From Eledone cirrhosa (lineage: Eukaryota): a stretch of DNA of 64,000 nt. The stretch is from assembly GCA_964016885.1 (NCBI GenBank), contig OZ024743.1, positions 345,836,001 to 345,900,000 on the forward strand, given 5' to 3'. The notes under the pieces were generated by a model. It saw nothing but the letters and a program-made list of their open reading frames with translations, did no database searches and was not told where the DNA came from. Positions 52,386-64,000 of the stretch are shown here, piece by piece (within the stretch, counting starts at the first letter, position 1; the number at the start of each line of letters is the position of its first letter). The translations under genes were made by a program, and so were the position numbers.

Positions 52386-53016
52386 TGAATAAATAATGAA
52401 TGAATATTACATAATTTATCTACTTAATTTCGTAAACAAAAATAATTTCGTAAAAATAAATAATTTAAAATTGACTTCTTTTCAAAGTTGCACTTCCGGT
52501 ATATCGTTGCCACCACCACTTCAACTACCATATATATATAGAAAGAGAGAGTGTATGATGTCAACACTTCCGGTGGGGATCACTTAAATAAACATACTCA
52601 TTTTCTGTCACTAATTTTCTCCTAATGCAGTTTATATATCATATCGTCTTTTTTTAATATATTATCGATTACGTTACTGATTACATAAGACAGTGTAACA
52701 CAGTCTTTGTTCAGTTTCTATTTATATTGTCAATTACGATTTTATTTGATGTATCATATCTGCATGTATATATACTTGCGTATAATATCAATATACACAT
52801 GGCCTCTTTGAATTTTGAAGTATATAAATATGTATGAAGAAATAATGATAATACTAATTCTTTGTCTCATTGAACTTTCAATTGTAAATGCTTTGCTACT
52901 GGAACTGCCCTTTATCCATCGGGTATTCCGTTCGCTCCTGAAGAACGGCGGGCAAAAAAGAGCTTCGAGATTATCTCATCTTACGAAAAAAATAGTGAAC
53001 TATTTCGCTATAACCT

Positions 53017-53050
<34 letters not shown>

Positions 53051-53065
53051 GAGAAAGAGAGAGAT

Positions 53066-53117
53066 AATAAGGAAAAGCGAAGTAGTTTCATCTGAAACTA
53101 CTTCGCTTTTCCTTATT
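53066..53117. repeat. Perfect 25-bp inverted repeat with 2-nt spacer
   Basis: aataaggaaaagcgaagtagtttca tc tgaaactacttcgcttttccttatt. Confidence 0.95.
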
Positions 53118-53190
53118 CGATATTTACTCCCTCACTCCTATGTGGAAAAAATACGTTGAGTGCTTGAATTGAATTGCATCAATATTTACC

Positions 53191-53250
<60 letters not shown>

Positions 53251-54112
53251 TATTAGAAAATGAGGTTTTTTTTCAAAAATTAAAAGAAAACGGATGTCCT
53301 ACACGTGTGAAATTATGAGGAAAAAAGATGAAAGCGGAAATGCAACTAGAGTCTTTTTAAGAATATTTATTTGGCTCCTTTACCGGTTTCGCAGTTCTTA
53401 TGGTTTTCAAAAGTAGAATTGAGATGGAGGGTTTGTGGTTTTTCTCGCATCAGGTTGGTGTTCGAATGTTACTTCTGTTTTATGTGGAAAAAAGTGGCTT
53501 GAAATGATAGTTTTTTTTTTAGAAAAGTAATTTGGTTGGTTGATGACTGTCACTGAATAAATATAATATATTTTGATATGATATATTTTGAAACAAAAGA
53601 AAACAGAAGACAATTTTTTAACGGTAAACCTTAAGAAAAGATTTTTGAAAAATTTAAATACACACGAAGAACACATAACTCGATGGTCATCCTCCGTTGA
53701 ACATTAATTCATAGAATTTTGTGTGATGTCACGTAAAAAGTTTGGAGCCTCTTATATCACGAGAGACTTGAAAGAAAAAGAGGAAGAAAAAAAAGGAAGA
53801 ATGTAAAGTACCGTGTTAAAAGATGTTCGTCACAATAATACATAAACAATAAACATAAGAAAATTAACAAAGAGGCATATATATTAACCAGCACACACAT
53901 ATATATATATATATTTATAGATACAGTGATACACACACATATATATATATATATACACACAGTTCAGGATTTGAACTCAGATCGTAAAACGACGTAAGAC
54001 AATGCCATGAAGCATGTTGTCCGACTCTCTCCGATAATAAGGCTGCCTTGATATAAACAGATTTTAACAAATGACAATTTAACATGCTAAATCAAGTAAA
54101 ACTTACGGAGCA

Positions 54113-56690
54113 ATATTATCATAGAGGAACTGAAGCAACGCATTGTAGCAAAGAGTGCAACAATTAGGCGATACGAGAGCAGAGTCAGTCAGTATAAACA
54201 GAACCGTATGTTTGACAACAACCAGAAGATTTTGTTTGGACAGCTTGAAGGGAATTAAAGAGGCAACGACTTGATCCCTGAGGCGGAACAAACTAAGACA
54301 TTCTGGAGAGGAATATGGGAGCAGGATGTTAAATATAATGACCAGGCAGTGTGGATTGAGACAGTATAAAAGGAGATTAGTGAACAGACAGACCAAAAAA
54401 CTGATTGGAGTATCACAGTTGAAACTCTTAAGGGGCAGGCCAAAAAAACTAACCAACTGGAAATCACCAGGCCCAGATGGTGTGCAGGGGTATTGGATTA
54501 AAAATATAACATCCCTCCACCCGAAACTGACAACCATGTTCAATGACTGCTTGATGTCAGGTGAGGTACCAGAGTGGTTGACAAAAGGTACCACAGTTCT
54601 GGTAATGAAAGACCGAATCAAGGGTATATGATGTTACCAACTATAGACCTATCACATGTCTGTCCGTAATGTGAAAACTGTTGACAAGTATTGTGTCTGA
54701 GGAAATCTACCATCACCTCCACATAAACAACTTGTTACCGGACGAACAGAAAGGGTGCCGAAAGAAGTCCCGTGGTACAAAAGACCAGTTACTTATTGAT
54801 AAGATGGTAATGAGGAATTGCAAGAGGAGACACACTGGTCTTGCCATGGGATGGATAGACTACAAAAAGGCATTTGACATGGTGCCTCATTCTTGGATCA
54901 CCAAAAAAATAGATATCTTCAAGGTGTCAGATAACATCAGACAGTTGTTGAGCAAAAGTATGAAGTCCTGGGAAACAGAGTTAACATCAGCTGGAGAATC
55001 CTTGGGAGGCGTGAAGATCAAAAGAGTATCTTTCAGGGAGATAGTCTGTCCCCTCTGTTGTTTGTCCATGCCCTGATGCCCCTGACCATTATACTGCGAA
55101 AAGTGAGAGCAGGATACAAGTTGGGAAAGGGAGAGCTTACCATCAATCACCTCCGCTTCATGGACGATCTTAAGCTCTTCGGAAAGAGTGAGAAGGAGTT
55201 GGATGGGCTTGTGACACTGTCCGTATGTTCAGCAATGATATATGTATGCAATTTGGTATTAGTAAGTGTGGAGTCCATGTGATGAAGATGGGTAAATTGA
55301 GCAGAAGCAACGGAATTCAGGTACCAACAGGTGAGATGATAAAGGAAATTGACACTGAAGAAGGTTACAAGTATTTGGGGGTTCTGGAGGCTGATGACAT
55401 CAAGAACAAAAAAAATGAAGGAACTGATAAGATCTGAATACATTCGGAGAATAAGGAGCGTATTAAAGTCACATCTGAACAGTAGGAATGCCATAAGTGC
55501 AGTAAATTCCCGAGCTGTGTCTATTATTAGGTACAGTGCGGGAATTCTGAGATGGAATGTTGTTGAACAAAAAGAAATGTATAGGAAGACTAGGAAGCTA
55601 TTGACTATCTACAACATGTTCCCAAAGAAGAGTGATATCGATAGACTCTGCTTAAGGAGATCTGAAGGTGGAAGAGGCCCTAGCAGCATAGAGGACTGTG
55701 TTCAGATGGAGAAAAACAACCTACACAAATACGTGACTGATAGTAAGGAGCCAATGCTCAGAATTGTACTGAAGGAGAGGAAAATAGACCAGGGGATGTC
55801 CAAGGAGCAAATAACAACATGGAGAAAGAGCAGCCTTCATGAAAAATCCCTTCATAGTACCTTCTTTGAGAAAACTGAATTCAGAGATCCACAGACATGG
55901 AACTGGTTGAAAAGAGGAGACCTTAAAAAGGCTACAGAAGGAATGCTAATGGCTGCGCAAGAGCAGGCCCTGAAAACGAAGTGGCTGAAACACCATATTT
56001 ACAAGGAGGAGGCTAGCCCACTGTGCATAATCTTTGGAGAGAAAGAGGGGACTGTGGCTCACATTGTATCCGAGTGTAAACACCTAGCCCAGACTCACTA
56101 TAAAGGCTGGAGACATGATGTGATGGGCAGGGTGATCCACTGGCACCTATGCAAAGTAAACAATTTACTACATTCTGAGAAATGGTATGAGCATAAGCCA
56201 GAGTCGGTGATAGAAAACGATCAGGTGAAGGTGCTGTGGAATTTTAGGATACAGACAGATAAGAAACTGGAACTCAATAGACCTGACCTGGTGGTTTTGG
56301 ACAAGGAAAAAAGATCGTGCCTGATTGTGGATGTAGCCTGCACATTCGACACGAGGGTGCAAGAGAAGGAGAGGGAGAAAATTAACCGTACCAGGACTTA
56401 AAGTGGGAGGTAAAAAGGATTTGGAACTGCCATGAAGTCAAAGTGGTCCCAATTGTCATAGGCGCACTAGGTACTATCTCAAAGAGCTTCCCGGGATCGT
56501 TAAAGAAAATTGGCCCCGCCCCGCTTTTTGGAACACTTCAAAAGGCATGCTTGCTGGCAACAGCAAGGATCCTCCGATATTTCCTGAACATCTGATGCTG
56601 CAGGTAGTGGCTTGATATTCATTTCAACAAACTTTCCAGTTAACTAATATCAATGACTGAGACTCAAATAAAAATAATAATACTAATAAT
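54113..56690 (+). mobile_element. Family A R4/Dong-like LINE, 5'-truncated, many frameshifts
   Basis: Fragments 54326-56401 match the intact ORF; same 3'UTR and TAA-type tail. Confidence 0.93.
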
Positions 56691-57026
56691 AATGATACTA
56701 CTACAACTCCTGATACTACAACTAATGATACTACTACTAATAACGATAATATATATATATAACTGGTTACAAATGTGACATATACAGGTAGTCTGATATA
56801 GTTATAGGTAAATATTCATAAATGTAAGTGTGCTAGGGCGAGAAATAAAATTATGATTTTATATTTTATATATATATATATACACAGTTCAAGAGTAACC
56901 AATCTTAAAGAGAGAGATGGAGATAGGAGAAGAGATAGGAGAGGAGAAAAGAGATTGGTGAATTAGTTAGAAGCCAAAGCGTAAAGGCATGTGCTCAATG
57001 TGCAATATGCAGTGGAATGCAGCTAG

Positions 57027-58172
57027 GTGGCTGGGTTCATGCAGATGTTAGGTGCACAGAGCTGGAAATATTCCTTAGTTAAGCAAAACAAGACCACACA
57101 TTTCACAAGGAAGACATTATTAAAAGATTTCAACACCGGCCAATTTATTAGATGGTTCTCCGATCTAAGGTCCAAGGAATCTACGAGGTTCCTCCAATTT
57201 GACAGCTATTACGCCTCAATAACCCCGGCACTGCTCAACAAAGAATTAACCCTAGCCAGCACCAACTCTGACATAACCAATAATGAGATTGACATCATAC
57301 TTATGGCTAGGCAGACCATCATTGAATTCAACGGAGCACTCTGGAATAGAAAAGACAGAACAGACAACTTTTACATCACTATGGGCTCAAGCGACTCTAC
57401 GCAAATCACCGATTTAGTTGGAATTTACCTATTACATAACATCAGAGCTGAAATCCAACCGGTGCAAGGCGGAATATATAGGGACGATGCCATATTTGCA
57501 GTCCACAATTGCACTAATCGAGGCATTGACTTGCTCAAAAAACAATTACATAGATTCTTTAAAAATAACGGTCTCTCTATCACAATCGAGCCGAACCATA
57601 AAGTAGTAAACTTCCTAGACCTTACCCTAGATCTTAACAATAACCTATATTACCCTTATCATAAACCAGGTGAAATACTTACATATATTAGCCAACACTC
57701 TAACCACCCACCGGCAGTCATCAGAGCAGTAATCAAATCTATCTCGTATAGGATCTCCATGCTATCAGCAAATGAGGAGATATTTATAAATCATGCGGCA
57801 TATTATAAGAAGTCTCTTTCTGAATGTAGTTATGAACAGTCCATTTACTACATACCTAAATGCCATAACACAGCATTTCACCACAACCATAATAAACTTA
57901 ACACTAGAACTAGAAATACCTTAGCATATAGCCAGATTCGCCGGAATTTTAGCAGTAACAGCACCTATACAGGGAACCTTAATGGTGGCAGTGGCCTACT
58001 TCGCACTCCAAGTAGCAAACTAAATATCAACCCTAGAATAAGAATGAGCAATGGGATGACAGATAACAAATGCACAGGTAATAATAACCCTATGAAGGCC
58101 CCTACCAACTCCACTAGAACCCCTAGAAGGAATAGGCCTAGAAATATCACCTGGCTTAATCACCTAATCTAG
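57027..58172 (+). pseudogene. Penelope-like reverse transcriptase ORF fragment (381 aa)
   Basis: YRDD catalytic motif and PLE thumb motif HSNHP. Confidence 0.8.
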
Positions 58173-58860
58173 CCACTAATATCCCTAAACGCTTCTTCTC
58201 TATCCTATCTAAACATCCCCCTCCAACCATAGATATTACAAACTCTTTAATAAAAACAACATTAAAATCTCATTCTCCACAACACCTAACCTAGCTAGCC
58301 ACATCGCATTCAGTAACCATCATAAACTAAGACAGTATAACTTCCACACCGCGGTACCACCACCCCATCAAATACACCACGACACTACACCAATACTTAC
58401 TCTAGTAGCACACCTCTCCATCTAATCCTTCTAGCACGGACCAACCGCATAGTTTAAACAACTCTACTCTCACTAACGGCAGAAGTAACTGCAGTTACCC
58501 TAATGCATGCCCACTAAATGGACATTGCCTGACACCCAATATAGTTTATAGGTGCACAGTTAAAACTGCTTCGCATACCAGCTCCTATATCGGCTCTACT
58601 TCTAACCCTTTTAAGGTACGCTATAACGCGCACTCTTATTCCTTCCAAGACCCTAACAACAGATGTTCGACATCTCTAGCTAGGCTCATTAAAAACCTTA
58701 AATTAACCAACATTGAACACTCACTAACATGGGATATATTGGCTCCCTTACATTTTCTCTCAATTAAAAAATTAAAAAATTAGCACTTCTTAACTATAAA
58801 CTACCCACAATTTCTAATTTCTCGAGGAGTTACTTCTCCGGAAACCACCCTCTAATTAGT
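57100..58860 (+). mobile_element. Penelope-like element (RT + GIY-YIG), 5'-truncated and degenerate
   Basis: FLQFD, ITMGS..S..ITDLVGIYLL, GIYRDD, VNFLDLTLDL, PYHKP...HSNHPP; downstream CPLNGHCL..NIVYRC...YIGSTSNPFKVRYNAH near 58500-58640. Confidence 0.9.
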
Positions 58861-59177
58861 AAGGTAAATATGTCCATTGGCGGCCATCTTGTTACCCATA
58901 GGCAGATCTCACACAATGCAGCCTCGATAGAAGAATACTGCTCTACTATGGCAGACAATAGATATACCCAGGTCACCATAGTGAAATACCAATATATGGA
59001 GCATTACATTCATGTAACATTCGTTCATTATTTTATTTATATTCCTTTTGAAGTTCCGATGAGCTGCTCTAATTGTACCTAAGTTAATTATTTTCAACTG
59101 AACCAGATCAATAATGATCTATAATCATTTGATCCAGAAACATTATATGGAGTAGCGAAACAATTGCAAACGGACAT

Positions 59178-59362
59178 TATTGGCAGTATAGGTAGAGAGT
59201 CGGACACCATGCTTTGAAGCATAGAGTTACGTCCCTTTATGATCTGAGTTCAAATCTCGCCGAGGTAAGCTTTGCCTTTCATCCTTACGAGGTCGATAAA
59301 ATAAAGTACCAGTGATGTACTGGGTTATTGCTGGTCTTGTGCCTAAAATAGAAACAATTATT
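59178..59362 (+). mobile_element. tRNA-derived SINE (OK-like)
   Basis: Full match to other copies. Confidence 0.9.
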
Positions 59363-59479
59363 ATTAATATTATAATTATTCTCTACATTCCTTACATCAA
59401 ATTGAAACTATGTTGACAGTCTTTTAATAATGTCTTCCTTGTGAAATTTGTGGTCTTGTTTTGCTTAACTAATGAATAT

Positions 59480-60337
59480 ATAAATTGAAACAAAATGAAA
59501 ACGAAATTTCATTTCTCACTCTTATTATGGCACTTACTTAAATGTAAGTATGCATGTATACGTACATACATATATGTATACAGACGTACAGTAGCATGCA
59601 CATATATATATATATATACATATATATATACATATGCATACAGGTACACATACATATATGCACGTATCAGTTTAGCGGCGCTAACGTCGCTTTGTTCGTT
59701 TGTAAACAAACTGAACAGCCTGAATTTATGCCATACGGTGTTAAGGCAACCACGTCACCTTTTTGTTCAACACTGACACAGGAACGATGTACTAGTTTCA
59801 AGCTTGTTAGCTATCATCAGCACCGTTTACCCATCTGCCAGATAGTTGAACGTTCGAAAGTATATACTTTCCTTATGAAAATTAACGGCTGAGCAGCCTA
59901 ATTTGCATATTGAGTGAGTTAAATCGGTCAGGCATACCGAAAACGATAAATTGAAACAAAATGAAAACGAAATTTCATTTCTCACTCTTAGTATGGCACT
60001 TACTTAAATGTAAGTATGCATGTATACGTACATACATATATGTATACAGACGTACAGTAGCATGCACATATATATATATATATACATATATATATACATA
60101 TGCATACAGGTACACATACATATATGCACGTATCAGTTTAGCGGCGCTAACGTCGCTTTGTTCGTTTGTAAACAAACTGAACAGCCTGAATTTATGCCGC
60201 TAAACTGATACGTGCATATATGTATGTGTACCTGTATGCATATGTATATATATATGTATATATATATATATATGTGCATGCTACTGTACGTCTGTATACA
60301 TATATGTATGTACGTATACATGCATACTTACATTTAA
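59480..60337 (-). mobile_element. Non-coding hammerhead-bearing repeat unit (retrozyme or non-autonomous Penelope-like)
   Basis: 253-bp direct repeats 59480-59732 and 59946-60198 (period 466), inverted copy 60196-60337, hammerhead in the spacer. Confidence 0.75.
59783..59827 (-). ncRNA. Type-I hammerhead ribozyme
   Basis: Minus strand: aacggtg CTGATGA t agct-aaca-agct t GAAA ctag T A catcgtt; 7-bp stem I, palindromic ACUAGU stem III. Confidence 0.85.
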
Positions 60338-60338
60338 A

Positions 60339-60375
<37 letters not shown>

Positions 60376-60486
60376 TATATATTTTATTTGTCGATCGACT
60401 TTTGTCAAATCGGACCGAGGAAACAATGTTTCCGTTGGTCTTTCCAGTTGCTAGTACTATCTATCGGTCGCAACTCCAGGTAGAAG

Positions 60487-60600
60487 GAGCAACGTGAAAT
60501 AAAGTGTCTTGCTCAAGGACATAACGCATCGCCCGGTCCAGGAATCGAACTGACAACCTCAAGATTGTGAATCCAATTCTCTAACCACTCATCCACACGC
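60487..60600 (-). mobile_element. Second tRNA-derived SINE family, 5' part
   Basis: Minus strand: A-box TGGATGAGTGG, B-box GTTCGATTCC, then TCCTTGAGCAAGACACTTT core. Confidence 0.8.
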
Positions 60601-60975
60601 GATCGATATCACTTAATATGGTAATTTATCTGTTTGATATAAAATGCATTATTGTGAGCAATATTTAAGCAGGTTGTTGTTGGTATGGCTAAAGGGTCAT
60701 ATAAAATATTGTCACCAATTTGACATGATAATCAAGTAATTTATTTGAGCTCTTTTGAACCAGCAGCAGCCTCTAGAGAAATATACTTCCTGTTCGTGAT
60801 TATGAAAGTGAGGTGAGACGAAGTGATATAATTAGTGTTTAATGCTGATGACGATTGTTAGATAGTGGTGGAAAAGGTACGTGTGGTGCCTTCTGCTGGC
60901 GGCGGCTACAGTAAATGCTAGTCGTAGTCCGACTATATATTGTTTATGTAATAGAAATTGCGATGATGCTACGTT

Positions 60976-61205
60976 CCAGCAGCAGCAGCAGTTGTGGCAG
61001 CAGAAGTAGTAGTAGCAGCAGCAGGAGCAGTAGTAGTGGTAGCATTATTAGTAACAGCACCATCTGCAGTAGTAGCAGCATCTGTAGTAGTAGTAGTAGT
61101 GGCAGTAGTAGTGGCAGCAGCAGCAGCACTAGTAGTAGTAGCAGCAGCAGCATCACTACTAGTAGTAGTAGTAGTAGTAGTAGTACCAGCAACAGTAGCA
61201 GCCAG
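60976..61205. repeat. (AGC)n/(AGT)n trinucleotide tract
   Basis: Read directly; explains poly-S and poly-L ORFs. Confidence 0.9.
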
Positions 61206-61910
61206 AGCACGATCATCTACACAAGGTACATATATAATGTTTTTCATCCAATAGATTATTACATAAATTTATTTCAGTGCTCTCAAAATTTCCGAGTTTA
61301 TCTTCGACACTAAAAAAGAAATTTCTCAAGAAAAACCTAAGTAAAAGATTTACTTATTCGTTCTGCTGTGTGCATTGTATCCACTGCAATAGTTCTCAGA
61401 TATACATCTTACCCGTTTTCCTTTGCAATCCGCGCTTTCCTTTGTGAAATATTTTTGAAACTTATAGACTGTAAAATTTAGAATCAATTGCCCATTTTTC
61501 CACTCCCCGACAATAATTTGTGTGGTTACCCTATGAGTCATACTCTCCAAAATCAAAATGGTTTGAAGCTTACTTCTCGCATATCAAGTGAAAACGAATG
61601 GATTCTCTCTATGGCAGATGTTATGTCTATTTCTTAAAATAAGCAGGCAATTTGTACATTATGTATAACAGTATATTTCAGATATGTCTTCATGGCTTTC
61701 ATTTACTGAAATACAATGATATCCAGCGTAAGATCAGACTAGAGAACAAGGAAGTACAAAAACACGTGTATTTCTTCATGTCAAAAGCCTGGTCTCTCTC
61801 AAGCTCCTTGATTTTCATTAATAAAAGCTGCCCGCGGGATAGCAGTTTAAATCCTGCCGAAGCCAATAATTTTCCAGGAGACATATATAGACATATTATT
61901 TTGCATAATT

Positions 61911-62099
61911 GGCGGTGGATTGGCAGTATTGGTAGAGGGTCGGACGCCATGCTTTCCAGCATAGTTACGTCCCTTTACGATCTGAGTTCAAATCCCGCCG
62001 AGGTTGACTTTGCCTTTCATCCTTACGGGGTCGATAAAATAAAGTACCAGTAATGCACTGGGTAATTGCTGGCCTTGTGCCTAAAGTAGAAACAATTAT
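61911..62099 (+). mobile_element. Full-length SINE with 16-bp TSD
   Basis: ATTATTTTGCATAATT on both sides. Confidence 0.93.
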
Positions 62100-64000
62100 T
62101 TTGCATAATTATACATTTCTAGAAGTGTATAGATGTACGCTAATGTAATGCAGATAGGTTTTTTAGAGACATTATCAACATACCTGAAGAGTTGATTCTA
62201 AATACTAATGAAACGGAGCCGCTGACGTTCTTTCTTTAGAAAGTCAATTTAAAGCTGTTGTAATCAATACAAAATAAAATTTCCTATGCAAATAAAATGG
62301 ACAGGGTTTTTAGCGTATTAAATTAAATGATACGCTTTATTTGTTCCAGCCCTCTACGATGTGAGTCTCTATCCCGTTATAGTTTAATTTTGCCTTTCAT
62401 TCTTTCAAGGTCAAATAAACAACAAGTCTTGGGCTGTGATTTTACAAAATAAATAGAGCCTCGGGCAGTTTTTACGTTCTGTTTTCCCTTGAGCTGGTTT
62501 TGACACCAACCTGTATCACTCATGGCCTTTTTATTGTACAACATCCGTGGTATTAAGGGGGGAGATTTGCAAGCTAATATGTGTGCTGGTTTTTCCCAAA
62601 AATCCCTGTTCGAGTCTGCTCTTATGTAGTAATTGTTCATAAATGCAGATCTATGTTTTCACAAAACATGTGGAGACAGCCTTTCCGCAAATAACATAAA
62701 ATCAAATAAAATTATATTGGTAAATATCAACGTCGGATATTTTCAGAAAAAAGTTTATTGTAGAAACACATTGATTTTCAAATATTCTGGAAAATGCATG
62801 TACCTCACAGCATCATATTCATCCCCTCTTAAAAATTGTGGTATTTTGTAGTCAGTGAAATGATATTCTGTTAGAACAAAGTACGACTCGAGAAATAATC
62901 AAGAACATATAAAGATAGTTATTTAAATACACAATTGAGAATATTCAATGTCTACTTATCTCAAGACAGTTTTCTCTTCTCATTAATACCAAAACTGTTT
63001 AGTATTCACATGGTTACGACCAGGAAATGTTAGAAATACAAAGAAATGCCATAAAATATAGCAAAACAATTTAGTACTTTAGACGTAAACCTGACAGCTT
63101 CATGTTTTGAAAACTATCCATAACTAACTATTCTAGTGCAGTATGCGAAAACTACTCGGGAGAGGACATGTGGGAAATTATTCTGATAAAAAGAAATATA
63201 ACTGTTCAAATATATACCATGATATATCATTGTGTATGGTTCTATAGATTATGTTATAAGCGTATTTAGAGGTTCAAGTTACGCCTATTCCTTTGCATAG
63301 CTTTATTTCTCAGTTTGTTGTGGCAAGACGATATAATTATGTGACACAATTATATTAGCTTTAAAAGTTATAGGAGAATAAAATAGTTGATCAGTTTACA
63401 GATATCTCGGTGATACTAGGAACATTGCTTATGTCAGATCTCACACAAAAGAAAAACATTATTCCGTATGACTCCATTCTATTGACTTACGTATCTTCAT
63501 ACAATGCGATTTACGTTTTTTCAGCTGGGTAGACTGACCTCTATTGAGTGAGCTATGGATATGATATCAACTCTAAGATAACTTCTTGAAAAAGCATCGA
63601 CATGATTGCTATATATGTTACAGATAACTGGTTCTTTATCAAATCGCATCAGAATCTCTTACAAATTATTGGATTGTATCTGTCGGTGTTTATTGTTTTT
63701 GCTACTGGATAGTTATTCTCTACACATAACACTTGTTATGGGGTATTTTGTATATGTCAACAGTTACATTGTCACTACCACCCAGGCAAATCCTGAATAT
63801 GAGGATATAAAAATATGTTGAAATGTCGCAAAATGTCTTCATTATCTGAACAACGGAAACATAAATCTTCAAATTACCATGATGGAAGGAAACTGTTTAT
63901 AATACAACTAATTGTAAGAAAGTATACTAGTGTTGAGCAATGCCTTGTGAGGAATTTCATTTCATCGGCGAAAATCGTGCATAGGCCAAGCTTCTATATC

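Noticed and set aside
53380-53460. CTGATGC...GAAACCGGTA on the minus strand (and its relative at 30870-30945)
   Set aside because: A9 missing and no convincing stem II or stem I; at best a decayed ribozyme
58879-58891. YY1-like GGCGGCCATCTTG (also AAAATGGCGG near 33202 and ETS-like CACTTCCGGT near 52491 and 52565)
   Set aside because: Isolated short motifs with no CpG island or linked gene; cannot support a promoter
60520-60600. tRNA gene
   Set aside because: A and B boxes are followed by a SINE core and there is no closed acceptor stem; it is a SINE head
62183-62222. CTGAAGA...GAAACGG hammerhead-like motif
   Set aside because: Weak stem II, no U16.1, no stem I

Overview
AT-rich, microsatellite-dense eukaryotic DNA. 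The tRNA-derived SINE closely resembles the octopus OK-type SINE as I recall it, so this is probably an octopod cephalopod (inference). No host protein-coding gene can be supported; the window is almost entirely transposable elements. It contains: (i) R4/Dong-like RT+RLE LINEs of two families, one copy with an intact 1130-aa ORF, plus a relic of a third family; (ii) a Tx1/L1-like APE+RT LINE and two fragments; (iii) four Penelope-like (RT and/or GIY-YIG) remnants; (iv) two Tc1/mariner relics; (v) about 15 SINE copies. Three things stand out. First, five type-I minimal hammerhead ribozymes that fold by eye, one inside a non-coding 466-bp direct-plus-inverted repeat unit resembling a young retrozyme or non-autonomous Penelope element. 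Second, a ~15-kb LINE array in which two unrelated endonuclease classes (RLE and APE) are joined through (TAA)n/(TTA)n tracts in opposite orientations. Third, recurrent near-perfect fold-back palindromes at element ends. Coordinates were read by eye and element boundaries are approximate.
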